Positions 38,967-50,727 are shown, counted from the first letter of the stretch. The stretch is DNA of 64,000 bases from a virus (IMGVR_UViG_3300031998_000017:32001-96000), one strand, 5' to 3'. A program made the numbers and translations. The notes: generated by a model from the sequence alone, not told the origin.

Positions 38967-40628
38967 ATGAATTATATGGCAATTATAAATTTATATCCAC
39001 CAGTGATTGATACTTATCAACCTGCGCAAATTAAGGGTTCTGCCTTAAGAATTTATTTTTCTATTTCAGATTATAATGTTTATAGTGAGATGAAAAATTT
39101 TGCGCAAATTACTATATCTGACCAAGAGTCTAATTTATCAGTTTTAGATAAAACAAAATATCCTACTCAAATAATGTTAAAAACAATAAATATTGATAAT
39201 ACTAGAACTGTTGATAAATATTATGTAGATATAGCCACAACTGATGGAACCTTTGATATAGATAAATTTTATAAAGTTCAAATCAGATTTACTAGTTCAA
39301 CAGCAACAGCAGTCAGTTTAACTACACCTCAAGCTATTGATGCTTGGCTTAGTTTAAATCTTGATAAATTTTCAGAATGGTCAAGAGTAACGTTAATTAA
39401 ATGGATTGCGCAAAATTCTATTAGTATTAATGGAACTACTATTGGAATTAGCACTACAATTAATTTACCTGTGTCTGATGAAACTTTATTAGGTAAACTT
39501 ACTTTTAATGAAAAAAGTGAAGAATATTTAAATAGTTATAGATTTAAACTATATGACGATGAAGAAAATTTACTTTTAGATAGTGATTTATTATATACAG
39601 ATAAAAATTCTAATGATATAAATGAATTTTGATATAAATTAAAATATGGATTAACTGCTGGTGAAGATTATACACTTAATATTTATTATCAAACTAATAG
39701 TTTATATAGTAGAGAATTAAATTGCACTATTTCAGCAACTGGTAGCACTGGTTCAGACCAAGGCTTTATATTTAGTGCTCATGAAAATATTGAAGATGGA
39801 GAAATATTACTTCGTATAACAAGACCTCCACAAGCTACGTTTACAGGTAAAATAACAATTAAACGTTCTTGCGATAAAGATGCATTTACTATATGAGAAG
39901 ATATGCATACAGTAGATGTAAACGGGGTTACAAATTATTTATATGACTGAACAGACCAAACTGTTGAAAGTGGTGTGTTATATAAATATGCTTTATTAGA
40001 AACTTATACTAGTAATAATAATGAAGTTAGTTATTGAAAAGATTATAATAAAATACTAATGATAGTATTGGATGATATGTATTTAGATGTGGCAGGACAA
40101 CAATTAAAAGTTCAATTTAATCCACAAGTTAGTTCATTCAAAAGAGTTATTAACGAAGGAAAAATTGAAACAATAGGTTCTCCATATCCTTACATAAGAA
40201 GAAATGCAGCAATCAATTATGCGCAATTTCCTATTTCAGGACTTATATCTTGTCAAATGGATGAAAATGAAAAATTTATTACAAAAGAAGCTTTATATGG
40301 CGGAAGAGAATTTTTAAGAAAATATGAACAATTTAATTCTTATGCTACTAATGAGCCTTTTGAAACTACTATTGGTAATGATTTTGTTTATGAAAAGAAA
40401 TTTAGAGATGCGGTTATGGCATTTTTAATGGATGGTAAAGTAAAATTATTTAGGTCAGCTTCTGAAGGTAATTACTTAGTTAGATTGACAGATGTATCAT
40501 TTGCTCCTAATCAACAATTAGGTAGAATGGTATGGACATTTAGCGCAACCGCTAATGAAATTGCTGATAATACTATTGATAATTATTATAAATATAATAT
40601 TTTAGAAGAGTATAAACCATCAGAGTAA
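38967..40628 (+). CDS. Putative baseplate/distal-tail-type structural protein (553 aa, code 4)
   Basis: Two track ORFs in one frame joined by TGAs; FN3-like segment (*TDQTVESGVLYKY); C-terminal ETIGSPYP...KLFRSASEGN...W.FSATANE. Confidence 0.65.
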
Positions 40629-40639
40629 GGAGGTTGCCT

Positions 40640-42679
40640 ATGAAAAGAAATTATCCTTATTGAAATGATAAAGATTTTTTATATACAATAGATACTTTGC
40701 CAGTGTCAAATGAATATGTAAGAGTGATTGCACTAACTTGGGAAGATGAACCTATTCAAGAGATTCAAGGTTTAATTACAGATGGTAGTTTAACTATCAA
40801 TGGAGATTCTTCAATGCGTAGAGCAGTTAACTTTACTGCGGCCTTTCAAGATAATTCATTTGCGCAAATTACAGATGTAGATAATATATTTTCAATTAAT
40901 AAAAGAATATATTTAGAAAAAGGAATTACCAATACAACAGGACAATACACTGACTATCCTATTATTTGACAACCTCTTGGCGAATATATCATTATAAATT
41001 GTAGTGTATCTCATGATGCGGGTAATGTTTCCGTTAGCGTGCAAGCGCAAGATAAAATGTGTTTACTTAATGGAACATGCGGAGGTACAATTCCTGCATC
41101 TACACAATTAGACAGTTATGATACTCTTGATGAAAATGGAGATTGAATATTAACTAAACCAGTTGTTGCGCAAATTATTCGTGAAGTTGTAAATCACTTT
41201 GGCGGAGAGCAATTAAGTAAAATTATTATTAATGATATTGATAATCAAATAAAAGCGGTTATGCGTTGATTAGGAACAACTCCTATTTATTTAATTGAAT
41301 CTCAAGGTCAAGCAACTTTAACAACTGTAACTCCTAGTAGTATGGTTGGTGTTAAAAAATATGAGTATGGGGATGACGTTGGATACATTTACACTGATTA
41401 TATATATAATAAAGAATTAATTGCAAATCCTGGAGATAATGTTTGTTCTATATTAGACCAAATGGTTTCTTACCTAGGAGGTAATTATGAATATTTCTAT
41501 GATATATGAGGAAATTTTATATTTCAAGAGAAAAAGAATTATGTAAATATTTCTCATGCAGAAACAATACATATAAATACATTAATAAACGAAGATTATA
41601 AATATGATATGTTAAGTGGTAAACGCGCTTTTGATTTTAGCAATTTACCAATATTTACTTCTTTTTCTAATAGTCCTCAATATAATAATATTAAAAATGA
41701 CTATGTAGTATGAGGGATGAGAAAAACTCCAGAAGGATTAAATATTCCTATTCGTTTCCATTTAGCTATTGACCAAAAACCAAAAACAGGAAATACATAT
41801 AAAGTGTTTTTCTATACAGACCCAGATGATGGAATTGAAAAGGCACAAATGCCTGTTCAATATTCTAGTAAAAGTAATTTCCCTATGCAAGGAGCGGCTG
41901 GTGTATATTATGAAGATTCATCCAATGGTAAAATATATATATGAACATGGGTAGCTGCAGAGAATCCTGTAAATAGTAAATATGATTATAAAGAAATTGC
42001 GGATTATAGCAAATTTGAAAATATTACTACTACTGACTGACGTAGTGAATTATATTTACAAGGAGTAGCTGCAGAACCATTAGGTTTAAAATCTAATTTC
42101 TATTATACAGAACTTGCAAATGAATGACCTAAATTATATAATTTACATACAGGAACTTGGAGACAAGAAGTAATAGATGACCCTAGGTCTGTTGATTATT
42201 TCTTAGATTTCATTGATGATAGCGCAGCAGTAGGTAAGTTTAGCATAAGCAATATAGGGCGTAGGTCTATGGTAGAAAGCAAAGATGATTTTAATTGTGT
42301 TTTTGAAAATGTTATTCCTGACTATGTTTTAATTGAAAACGGTCAAGATGATACTTATGCAAAGAGAGAAGATTGTATTAAACGTAATCAAGCATATATA
42401 CAAATAGATAGCAGTATATATAAAGGTTTAGGACTTGGAGGAATATATAATAGCTGTTTTAATGAAATTAAAATGTTATTATATGAAAAAACAGGGTATA
42501 ACGAATCTATTCAAATGAACTGTTTACCAATTTATCATCTTGAACCTAATATTCGTATAGGCGCTAAAGATATATCAAGTGATATCTATGGTGATTATAT
42601 GTTAAAATCAATGACAATACCTCTACGTGCAGGTGGAACGATGTCCATTAGCGCAACTAGAGTTACTGAGAAATTATAA
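40640..42679 (+). CDS. DUF5048-like tail/baseplate hub protein (679 aa, code 4)
   Basis: GGAGG RBS; IQEIQG.ITDGSLTINGDSSMRR, QDKMCLLNG, EYFYDI*GNFIFQ, LPIYHLEPN; ends at TAA. Confidence 0.7.
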
Positions 42680-42683
42680 CAAT

Positions 42684-42726
42684 AAAAAAAAGAGATGCTT
42701 TTTTAAGGCATCTCTTCTTTTTTTTT
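42684..42726. terminator. Bidirectional terminator between the convergent late and early blocks
   Basis: A-tract, AGAGATGC...GCATCTCT, T-tract. Confidence 0.85.
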
Positions 42727-42810
42727 GCTTTAAATTTTAATCTATTTATTGCTTTATTTGTAAAATTATATAATCTTACGATAAAGTGTTATCGTATATT
42801 TAAAAAATTT

Positions 42811-43317
42811 TTATTCTCAATTTATCTCATTATTGTCTTGAGCTTGATATTGCGCTAATCCTATACATATAGCATCAGCTTCATCATCATTAACTTTAAT
42901 GTAATATTTATTTTGAACAAATTCAACATCTGCTTCTTTTAATGTCATACGTTTGATACCACGTCCATTTTTAATTCCAAGAGAAGCGCGTCAAGAGCTA
43001 GGATAAATATAATCAATATCTACGCCAGGCATTTCATCATGAATTCAAAAAGCAACAGCAGCTTGTAATCACATTAGCGCACGATGGGTCTTAAGATTCC
43101 CTACCCCATATCCACCTTCAGGTCTTACTTCTTCCACTACTATTTTAGATGGAGTAAAATGTGTTGTTACAGTTTTTAATTCTTTAACTATTTTTTCTAT
43201 TCTATTGATTAAGTCTGTTGAGGATGCAGTTATACACCCATGTGCAATTAATTGACCATCTTCAAAAAATGCTCAACCTGTTGATTTAGTTGATAAATCT
43301 AAACTTAGTATATTCAT
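42811..43317 (-). CDS. ruvC: RuvC-like Holliday junction resolvase (168 aa, code 4), missed by the ORF track
   Basis: MNILSLDLSTKSTG*A, IVVEE, YPSS*R, NDDEADAICIG. All five Trp codons are TGA. Confidence 0.85.
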
Positions 43318-44471
43318 TATATTGTCATCTCCTGGCTACCATCTTCTGATGTTACTTTTATAAGTTCAACAAATTTCTTTTTATATTTATTTCCACCATT
43401 TAAGTAATCATATCTTCCTTTACTAATAGGGAATGGAAATTTCTCGCCTGAATCTGGTATCTTGTTTAAACTTATGTCTCTTAAATGGCATTTTTGATAT
43501 TCATCTGTTGCTTTAACTCAGTATAATGCTTTTAATTCTTCTTGATATTTTGATTTACCAGGCGCTAATAATTTATCTCAACTATCTTCTTTAGGTTTAT
43601 ATTCAAATTTAAATTCTTTGTTCGCAATTTTATCTACGACATCTCTTAAATTAGAACAATCAAATTCAAGAGTTATAGAATTAGTATCGTCTAAACCTAT
43701 TTCTTTAAATACAGGGATAGGCGTTACAACAACAGGAACCCCTAAATTTAATGCCTCTACTATTGAATAACAATAGCCTTCATTATCAGATAATTGAACT
43801 AAGAAATCTGCTTGTGATATTTCGTTTATTATATCTAATTTTGGTTTTTTGATATGCATATGTGGACTTAATTTTTGATTTATAGTTCTATTTGAGTAGA
43901 CATCTCAATCATAATCAACACCAAGTTTATCAAGAGCATCAGCTAATTGAGCCATGCGGTTTCCGCCTTTTTCCACAGATAGGCGAGTAGCGCTGATTAG
44001 TTTTAGCTTATGGTGAGGTTTATCTGGTGCAAATGGATTATAGCACAACTCTGCGTCTTTACCAGTTACTCTTTTTCAAGCATCACATACTTGTTTAGAT
44101 ATCCCTATATATTTAGTAATTTTAGCATGTCCAGGGAAGTTTTCTCTTAATAGTTGATGACGATTAAGCATATCTTCGTAGTCACCATGCAATACTAAAT
44201 AATATCCATCAGTAGCTTCTACATTTTCTATAATATCTGTATTAAAATTAAAGAAGGCGCGAGTACATTTAAATTTCATACCAGGCATGTATTGAATACA
44301 TCTAACGTATTCACGTAATCTTTCTAATTGTTTTGGGTTACCTTGTTGATATACTATTGTTAAATCATAGTCTTTATATTTTTTAGCCAGATAATAAAAA
44401 AATGTTTCAATTCCGCCAATCTCTAATATAGAGTGGAAGTAATATAAATTGGTTGTTTTTATTGTTTCCAT
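43317..44471 (-). CDS. GT-B (GT4-like) glycosyltransferase (384 aa, code 4)
   Basis: IGGIETF, ISATRLSVEKG, EGYCYSIVEALNLGVPVVVT (EX7E). Joins track ORFs 44076-44471 and 43578-43859. Confidence 0.85.
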
Positions 44472-45670
44472 TAGTTACCCCTTTCTTTTGATACCTCTCC
44501 TCTGTCGTATCTACGAGTCAAACTATCTTTTCTAATATTATAATAATATATAATGTTTTTACTAAATCCTATTGTAAGGTCTGGAATTTTAAATACTTTC
44601 TCTCAAAATTCATTTTCTTCTCCAACATTTAATTTATTATTAAATCTAATGTTTTCAAATATTCTTTTTTTAAATAAGCAACCTCATGGGGCTATATTAA
44701 TTTGTTTTGTTGAATTCACTATTGCTTGGCCATATGTACTATCTCAACTTAACCAAGTTAAATCATTGTGCTTTTTAGCTTCTTCTATAATTGTAAAAGC
44801 ATAATTTTCTAATATTTTATCATCACAATCTATAAAAACTATATAATCTCCTGTTGCGGCATCCAACCCTACGTTTCTAGACCCTGGGCCTCCAAGATTT
44901 TTTGGATTTTTAATATAGATGTCAACCATTTTAGAAAGTTTATCTCCATCTCTACTATCATCTACTAATATTAATTCAGTATTTGTTCCTTTTCTTTGTT
45001 TATTTAATTCTTCTATAAGATTTTTAGTTAAATCATAAGTTTTATAATAAGGAATAATAATACTAATTTTTTCTTGAGGAGGTTGTAATTTTCTTATAAA
45101 TTCTTCATATTCATAAGGATAATCTATATCGTCTGTGCCATCTAAAATTTTTACATATCTATTTGTAATATGATGTTCTTCATAAGGAAGATTATTCATG
45201 CAACGATAAATTTCTCAACCAATACAACGATGAATTTGTTGTGTTAAATAAAGATTTTTAACTATCTTTTTACAATCATAGAAAAATTTTTTATTTACAA
45301 TTTTAATCGCAAATATTTCTCATTCATGACCAAAATATAATACATCATCTGTAGGAGTGTTTACTATTGTTTTAATTGCATTTTCAGTATAATAAACATC
45401 TCCATACAGATAACATATAGGTTCATTTGTGTTTATTTCTTCAAACCTATCAATTTCACAATCATGATAAGATTGTTCCATTGTTAAGCCGTATTGAGCA
45501 TAACAATTATTGGCGCATGTAATAATATAATCGGTTGCACCATTTTCTTTTAATAGTCTAGTTGTTCTACCTAATAAAGTTTCTCCATTTATTTCAATTA
45601 AATGTTTTGGTATCCCGAGGTAATTATTCCAGCGGGTACCAGCTCCAGCCGCCATAATAATATATTTCAT
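44471..45670 (-). CDS. Nucleotidyltransferase-like / GT2 glycosyltransferase fusion (399 aa, code 4)
   Basis: N-terminal IIMAAGAGTRW...PKHLIEINGE...LYGDVYY; C-terminal ISIIIPYY, LVDD, RNVGLDAATGDYIVFIDCDD. One frame joined by TGAs. Confidence 0.82.
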
Positions 45671-45694
45671 TATGCTCCTTCTTTCTTAGCAATA

Positions 45695-46120
45695 TTATTT
45701 TAAAGTATTTCTATTAACGCAACGTTTATCATCAATTAGATATTCTTCTTTTCCGCCTCTCATATTTACATATAATTGGTGTAAGAAATCTTTTTTAATA
45801 TCTTGAGCTTTATCTAAATAAATGATAAATTGTCCTTTTGTTAAATCTAATAAATCTTTTCCTTCTTCATCTACCACAATGATTTCAGTTTCAGGATAAT
45901 AGTTTTTCTTTTGGAATTCTAATTTTTCTAATAATCCCTTTGCGTCAACTACATCATTGTTTAATACAACAACAGATACAGCATTAACAATTTTCTTTTC
46001 AATAACAGGTTTAACTTCTTCAACAACAGGTTCTTCAACTACTGAAACTATTTCTTCTACTTTTTCTTCTGTTGCTGGTTTAATTATTGTCTTATTAAAG
46101 ACAGATTTTTTCTTTTTCAT
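45695..46120 (-). CDS. Protein with Glu/Val-rich N-terminus and degenerate GT2-like domain
   Basis: VSVVV...EIIVVD...TKGQFIIYLD resembles a shortened GT-A N-terminal fold without an intact DxD. Confidence 0.5.
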   Translation of the reverse strand: MKKKKSVFNKTIIKPATEEKVEEIVSVVEEPVVEEVKPVIEKKIVNAVSVVVLNNDVVDAKGLLEKLEFQKKNYYPETEIIVVDEEGKDLLDLTKGQFIIYLDKAQDIKKDFLHQLYVNMRGGKEEYLIDDKRCVNRNTLK

Positions 46121-46149
46121 AAATATCTATATCTCCTTCTCATATTTAG

Positions 46150-46177
46150 ATTATATCACAAAAATCTAACTCTGTCA
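46150..46177 (-). promoter_or_regulatory. SigmaA-type promoter
   Basis: TTGACA-N17-TATAAT with extended -10 TG. Confidence 0.8.
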
Positions 46178-46219
46178 AACTTTTGTGCAAATAAAAAAGT
46201 GATTTTCATCACTTATTTT

Positions 46220-46321
46220 TTAATCATCATGACGACTTGCTGCACTTAATATTATCGCAAATCCAAAGCCACACACAAATCAAATCATTCTTGATAATAC
46301 AGCCCCTGCAACTTCTAACAT
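46220..46321 (-). CDS. Small hydrophobic peptide (33 aa, code 4)
   Basis: MLEVAGAVLSRMI*FVCGFGFAIILSAASRHDD; starts 1 nt after the dut stop and is followed by a hairpin. Confidence 0.5.
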
Positions 46322-46322
46322 A

Positions 46323-46793
46323 TTACGCTCCTGTACTTCCGAAACCTCCGGCACCACGGCTAGTTTCATCTAAAGATTCAACCTCTTTAAATACCATTGG
46401 TATATATGGTAGTAATACCATTTGCGCAATTCTGTCTCCAGGTTCTATTGTTTTATCTTCGTTTGTATCATTATGAAGAGCAACAATATATTCTCCACGA
46501 TAATCACTATCACAAACTCCTACACAATTGGCAGGACGTAAGCCTTGTTTAGTCGCTAATCCGCTTCTTGCGAATATAGCTGCGAATGTATTTTGTGGTA
46601 GGGCGAATGCTAATCCAGTTCCTACTTTAACTGTTTGATGAGCAGGAATTACTGTTGGTTCGCTTGTAGCTGCATATAAGTCGTATCCAGCTGCATATTC
46701 ACTACCTCTTGTTGGTTCATGAGCTAACTCATTTAGTTTAATATAATTAATAAATCTATCAGTATAATTACCAAATATATCTTGTGAAAACAT
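46323..46793 (-). CDS. dut: Trimeric dUTPase
   Basis: AGYDL, ARSGLA, GVCDSDYRGE, RIAQMV, RGAGGFGSTG. Confidence 0.95.
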   Translation of the reverse strand: MFSQDIFGNYTDRFINYIKLNELAHEPTRGSEYAAGYDLYAATSEPTVIPAHQTVKVGTGLAFALPQNTFAAIFARSGLATKQGLRPANCVGVCDSDYRGEYIVALHNDTNEDKTIEPGDRIAQMVLLPYIPMVFKEVESLDETSRGAGGFGSTGA

Positions 46794-47044
46794 TAATAAG
46801 CACTCTCCTGTTCGTATGTTACTTTAGTTTGGAAATTAGGTTCTTTTTCTTCTGTGAATAATTTTACTAAAGTTACTTTATAATAACTATCTATTACTTC
46901 GCCTTTTTGCTTTCTTTCTTTATATTGAGAACCATATTTTTGAAGTATATAGCCGCTTTCTTTTTTAGCTTCTTCAATTAATTGAGTAGCTTCATCTTCA
47001 GTGCTAACTCTATATTCTTCTGTTGTTTTAAGTAAATATTTCAT
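46793..47044 (-). CDS. Hypothetical protein
   Basis: GGAGG RBS; coupled to dut. Confidence 0.75.
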   Translation of the reverse strand: MKYLLKTTEEYRVSTEDEATQLIEEAKKESGYILQKYGSQYKERKQKGEVIDSYYKVTLVKLFTEEKEPNFQTKVTYEQESAY

Positions 47045-47052
47045 ATATCCTC

Positions 47053-47319
47053 CTAGTTAGCTCTTACATCTATGTTTAATTTATTACAATTATATTTAGC
47101 CATTTCAGTTGCTTTAATTTTATTTTTAATACCTGTAGAAAATCTTTTAGCGCCAACTAATGTAATATCAGTAATTTCATTTTGATTTGCCATTTCTACA
47201 AGGGCATCTTGCAATTCAGCCAATTTAATTTGACTTACTTCAAGAATTTCATCATTTTCATAAATATAAACATTTTGATTTAATGTAAAAGGTTTAATTA
47301 CAGTAACAATTTTCTTCAT
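47053..47319 (-). CDS. Hypothetical protein
   Basis: AGGAGG RBS; within the operon. Confidence 0.75.
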   Translation of the reverse strand: MKKIVTVIKPFTLNQNVYIYENDEILEVSQIKLAELQDALVEMANQNEITDITLVGAKRFSTGIKNKIKATEMAKYNCNKLNIDVRAN

Positions 47320-47333
47320 TGTTTTACCTCCTT

Positions 47334-47753
47334 TTAAAAATCATTTATTACACCATTATCATATGGGAAGAAATAATATACATATGCGTCATCGTCTATT
47401 ATCATCCATATTTCAATAGCATCTTTATCTCTTGTTAAATCTATTCCACGGATTTCTCCACGATTTGTTAAACATTCATCTATTAAACATTTTGCGCAAT
47501 CTTCGCAAATTGGAGTATCCCAATCATAATTATCTCTATCTCTCTTAAAGTCAAAGACAGTATAATCTTTTCTTTCATTACAAAGTAGCATATAATAATT
47601 ATTGTTTTGATTATAGATAAAATCTCTAACTATTAATTTTTTGCTATTTAGCACAGCTTCACTTAGTTTAATTTCTTTTTGTTTAACTAAATTTTTATTT
47701 ACATCATATAGAGTTCCGAATTCAACTTCTTGTGTCTTTTTTTCTTCATCCAT
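47334..47753 (-). CDS. Hypothetical protein
   Basis: AAGGAG RBS; YYMLLCNERKDYT...AIEIW...YYFFPYD. Confidence 0.75.
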   Translation of the reverse strand: MDEEKKTQEVEFGTLYDVNKNLVKQKEIKLSEAVLNSKKLIVRDFIYNQNNNYYMLLCNERKDYTVFDFKRDRDNYDWDTPICEDCAKCLIDECLTNRGEIRGIDLTRDKDAIEIWMIIDDDAYVYYFFPYDNGVINDF

Positions 47754-48190
47754 TTTAATAAATCTCCTTTATTGATATGATAGTAATATTCATATTTTGT
47801 ATAGTTAAGAAAATATTTCCAATATTCAATCGAGAATATGCTTACTATATTTAATAAAATTGTTTGAAAAATATTTAATTTATAATGAAATCTATATTTA
47901 TATGGATTTTTTTTATTTAAAATAGTAAATAGTTTATATATTTTATTAAAAAATAACCATTGTTTTATAAATGAATTTATATTACGCGCAGTTCTGTAAT
48001 TATCCATTCTTTCCAAAGTTTGATATATTATATCACACATTGTTTCTGCTTTTGTAATAGTATAGAAATTCATTATTTCAAAATTAAATCTATTATATAC
48101 AATTTTTAATCTATTAATTTTAGCATATCTTGTTTTATAATCTTTAGAATTATAATACTTACGTTTCATCATATAATAAACACTTTCCAT
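47699..48190 (-). CDS. Hypothetical basic, very AT-rich protein (start may be 48172)
   Basis: Open frame fills the gap between def and the next gene. Confidence 0.5.
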   Translation of the reverse strand: MESVYYMMKRKYYNSKDYKTRYAKINRLKIVYNRFNFEIMNFYTITKAETMCDIIYQTLERMDNYRTARNINSFIKQWLFFNKIYKLFTILNKKNPYKYRFHYKLNIFQTILLNIVSIFSIEYWKYFLNYTKYEYYYHINKGDLLKWMKKKRHKKLNSELYMM

Positions 48191-48611
48191 TCATATGGTC
48201 AACTTCATGCTGAATAATATCACTCATGCGGCCGCCTTCAGCTATTTCCGCAGGATTTCCATTTTCATCTATATATGAACACCATACTTTTTGATACCTA
48301 GTAATTTTCTTAAATACACCGGGTACGCTTAAGCAACCTTCAACATAATCTTGACTACCTCTTACTCTTGTAAATGTTGGGTTAGCCATTACAACATACA
48401 TAGTTCCCCATTTACAAATGCATACTCTTAAAGGCACTCCAATTTGGATTGCAGATATTCCACGCGCATCTTGTATTACATCAAAAGTATCTTTTAAATC
48501 TTGGATAAGTTGTTTAAACTCTTCGCTATTGAAGTCTGTCACTTCAGCGCTAGTCTGTGATAATATTTGTCTGTCTTCTTCATTATTATAATTCAATATT
48601 CTTTTCATCAT
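48159..48611 (-). CDS. def: Peptide deformylase
   Basis: GISAIQIG, EGCLS and HEVDH motifs. Confidence 0.93.
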   Translation of the reverse strand: MMKRILNYNNEEDRQILSQTSAEVTDFNSEEFKQLIQDLKDTFDVIQDARGISAIQIGVPLRVCICKWGTMYVVMANPTFTRVRGSQDYVEGCLSVPGVFKKITRYQKVWCSYIDENGNPAEIAEGGRMSDIIQHEVDHMNGKCLLYDET

Positions 48612-48641
48612 AAAATAATTCCTCTTTTCACTTATATAAAT

Positions 48642-48670
48642 ATTATATCATATATTTTATAAAAAGTCAA
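48642..48670 (-). promoter_or_regulatory. SigmaA-type promoter
   Basis: TTGACT-N17-TATAAT with extended -10 TG. Confidence 0.8.
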
Positions 48671-48672
48671 AA

Positions 48673-49092
48673 TTATAAAGGAATTCGATTATTTATAAAT
48701 TCTTTCTTGATTAAGCGTTTACCATTATCATAGGTATCATCAGCATGTTTTTCTTCAAAAGATAAAAGAAGTTCGCGGATACGTAACAAAGACTCTCTAG
48801 TTATTTTTTTGTTTACGTTTTCTAATACCATTTGGTCAGTAATTCATAAGAAAGTTTCTCTATCTACTTCTTGAATGCGGTGCAAATAATCATGGGCGGT
48901 ATTGCGCACAAGTATGGCGCCATTCCACCAGACATAACCATCTCCAATGCCTTCTTTTTGACTATCTTTTCTTGGTATTATCAAATGATGAAAACTTAAT
49001 TCTTTAGGATTTTTAAATGTATATCCCATAAAATCATAACCTAAAGCATCTAGGTTGTAAATTTGTATCATATCTTTTGTAAGTTCTTTCAT
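48673..49092 (-). CDS. Hypothetical protein with HNH-like His pattern (139 aa, code 4)
   Basis: LSFHHLIIP...NGAIL...AHDYLH; reads through TGA 48844 to TAA. Confidence 0.6.
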
Positions 49093-49093
49093 T

Positions 49094-50026
49094 CTATTTT
49101 CTCCTACTTAACTTTTTAGTTCCAAATTCTTCTAATTCAGGGGTTATCTTATGTATATTTCCTTTATCGTCAAAATCTACATCAACTCACCAGGCTGACT
49201 TATCATTTGACAATCCCATACTTCTGCAATATGGAGTTTGGTCTTCTAAGCAACTAGTTTGGAAACAATGTGTTTTATCTTGTTTCATATAGAATGCTTG
49301 ATGTATATGACCTGTTTGTAGGATATCAGGTCTTTCTGCAACAGGAATCGTATCTAAATATTTTTGTAATTTATATGATTTAGCATATGCGCCTCCTCCA
49401 GAGCCATGAAACAATCTAATCTTAAGATTTCCAATACGCATATCCGCAATATCCGCACCAAGATAAACTATATCATCTCTTTGTTTGGCTATTGTCTTAA
49501 CTATTTCGCTACCAGCGCTTTTATACCACCAGTCATCATGGTTTCCTTGAATAACATAAGTTTTTCCACTAAATGTAGGATATTTACTTACGCAATAGTC
49601 AACTTGACCTTCATATGATGGTTCACGCAATTCATATACTTGTTCAGGTCTTGTAGAGCGACCATCTGTAAAGTCACCAGAGTGAAGTATATGTTTTATA
49701 CCTTTTTCTTCTGCTTTATCATATAAATATCTTAATATATCCATTCTATCATATTTGCTACCTAGATGTGTATCACTAATAAGTAATAATTTTAAATGTT
49801 CTAAATTATTAGGTAATTGATATACATCTTCATGTTTAGGTGGTGTTTTGCGAACAACAACCTCATTGTTGACAAAATCTATGTTGTATCCTTCCTGCGT
49901 CATAAGAACTATTAAACCGGCTACTTCATAATCATTTAATTCTAATTTTTCACAAATTTCTAAAAATGATTTTTTCTTTTTAGCCATATAATAAATCTTA
50001 TCACATATTTCTTTTCTATTTTCCAT
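49094..50026 (-). CDS. Calcineurin-like metallophosphoesterase with N-terminal HTH-like segment (310 aa, code 4)
   Basis: DTHLG, GDFTD, GNHD, H, GHIH motifs; one TGA at 49187; ends at TAG. Confidence 0.88.
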
Positions 50027-50044
50027 ACCACGACCTCCTTATAG

Positions 50045-50076
50045 CAAAAAAAGGACTAAGTAAAAACTTAGTCCCC
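50045..50076 (-). terminator. Terminator-like hairpin
   Basis: GGACTAAG/CTTAGTCC stem with a T-tract on the minus strand. Confidence 0.65.
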
Positions 50077-50080
50077 TTTC

Positions 50081-50239
50081 CTATTTATTTCTAAACAATA
50101 ATCCTGTATATAATAAAGATGCTCCAAGCCATTGTAAAGATACAGGCCAATCACCTTTAGTAACTATATTAACTATTAAACTTCCACCTGCGCCTATTAC
50201 CATCATAGCGGGGAAAGCAACTTTTAAAAATTCTATCAT
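50081..50239 (-). CDS. Small two-TM membrane protein (52 aa)
   Basis: AGGAG RBS; MIEFLKVAFPAMMVIGAGGSL...LQWLGASLLYTGLLFRNK. Confidence 0.65.
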   Translation of the reverse strand: MIEFLKVAFPAMMVIGAGGSLIVNIVTKGDWPVSLQWLGASLLYTGLLFRNK

Positions 50240-50250
50240 TTTCTCTCCTA

Positions 50251-50727
50251 TTATCTTAAAATTCTAATACGTTGATTGCGGCTGCCGCGCCATTTCAAAG
50301 TTATGTCACGCTTGTCTTGCATATAAGGGCCATCAATTAAATAATTTATATTTTTTAATATATAAGTCATACTAGAATTAATTTTTAAATCTTTATATTC
50401 ATATCCAGTTCAAATTGCTATTTTAATATTTGGATACTTGTCTTTAACTTTATATATAAGTTGTTTTACAAATTCTATTTTTTCATCAGTATCAAGAGGT
50501 TCTCCTCCAAGAATACTTAAATTTCTTTGAATTCCATTATCTGCTATTGCGGAAATGATATATTCAATTAATTCATCTTCCACTCAAGCTTGACCTCCAT
50601 TTGGGTCTCATGCTTCTGGATTATGACATCCAGGACAGCGAAAATGACAACCTTGAAGGAATAAACTTACGCTTACTCCTTCACCATTAATGACGTCATT
50701 TTTATTCAAACCAGCAACCCTAATCAT
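50251..50727 (-). CDS. nrdG: Anaerobic ribonucleotide reductase activase (158 aa, code 4), missed by the ORF track
   Basis: GCHFRCPGCHNPEA*D radical-SAM motif, LSILGGEP, I*TGY, LIDGPY, WRGSRNQR. Confidence 0.93.

Noticed and set aside
489-45670. Fragmented ORFs read as pseudogenes of a decayed prophage or as sequencing errors
   Set aside because: The breaks I examined are all in-frame TGA at Trp-type positions, with no frameshifts or TAA/TAG, and catalytic motifs are intact.
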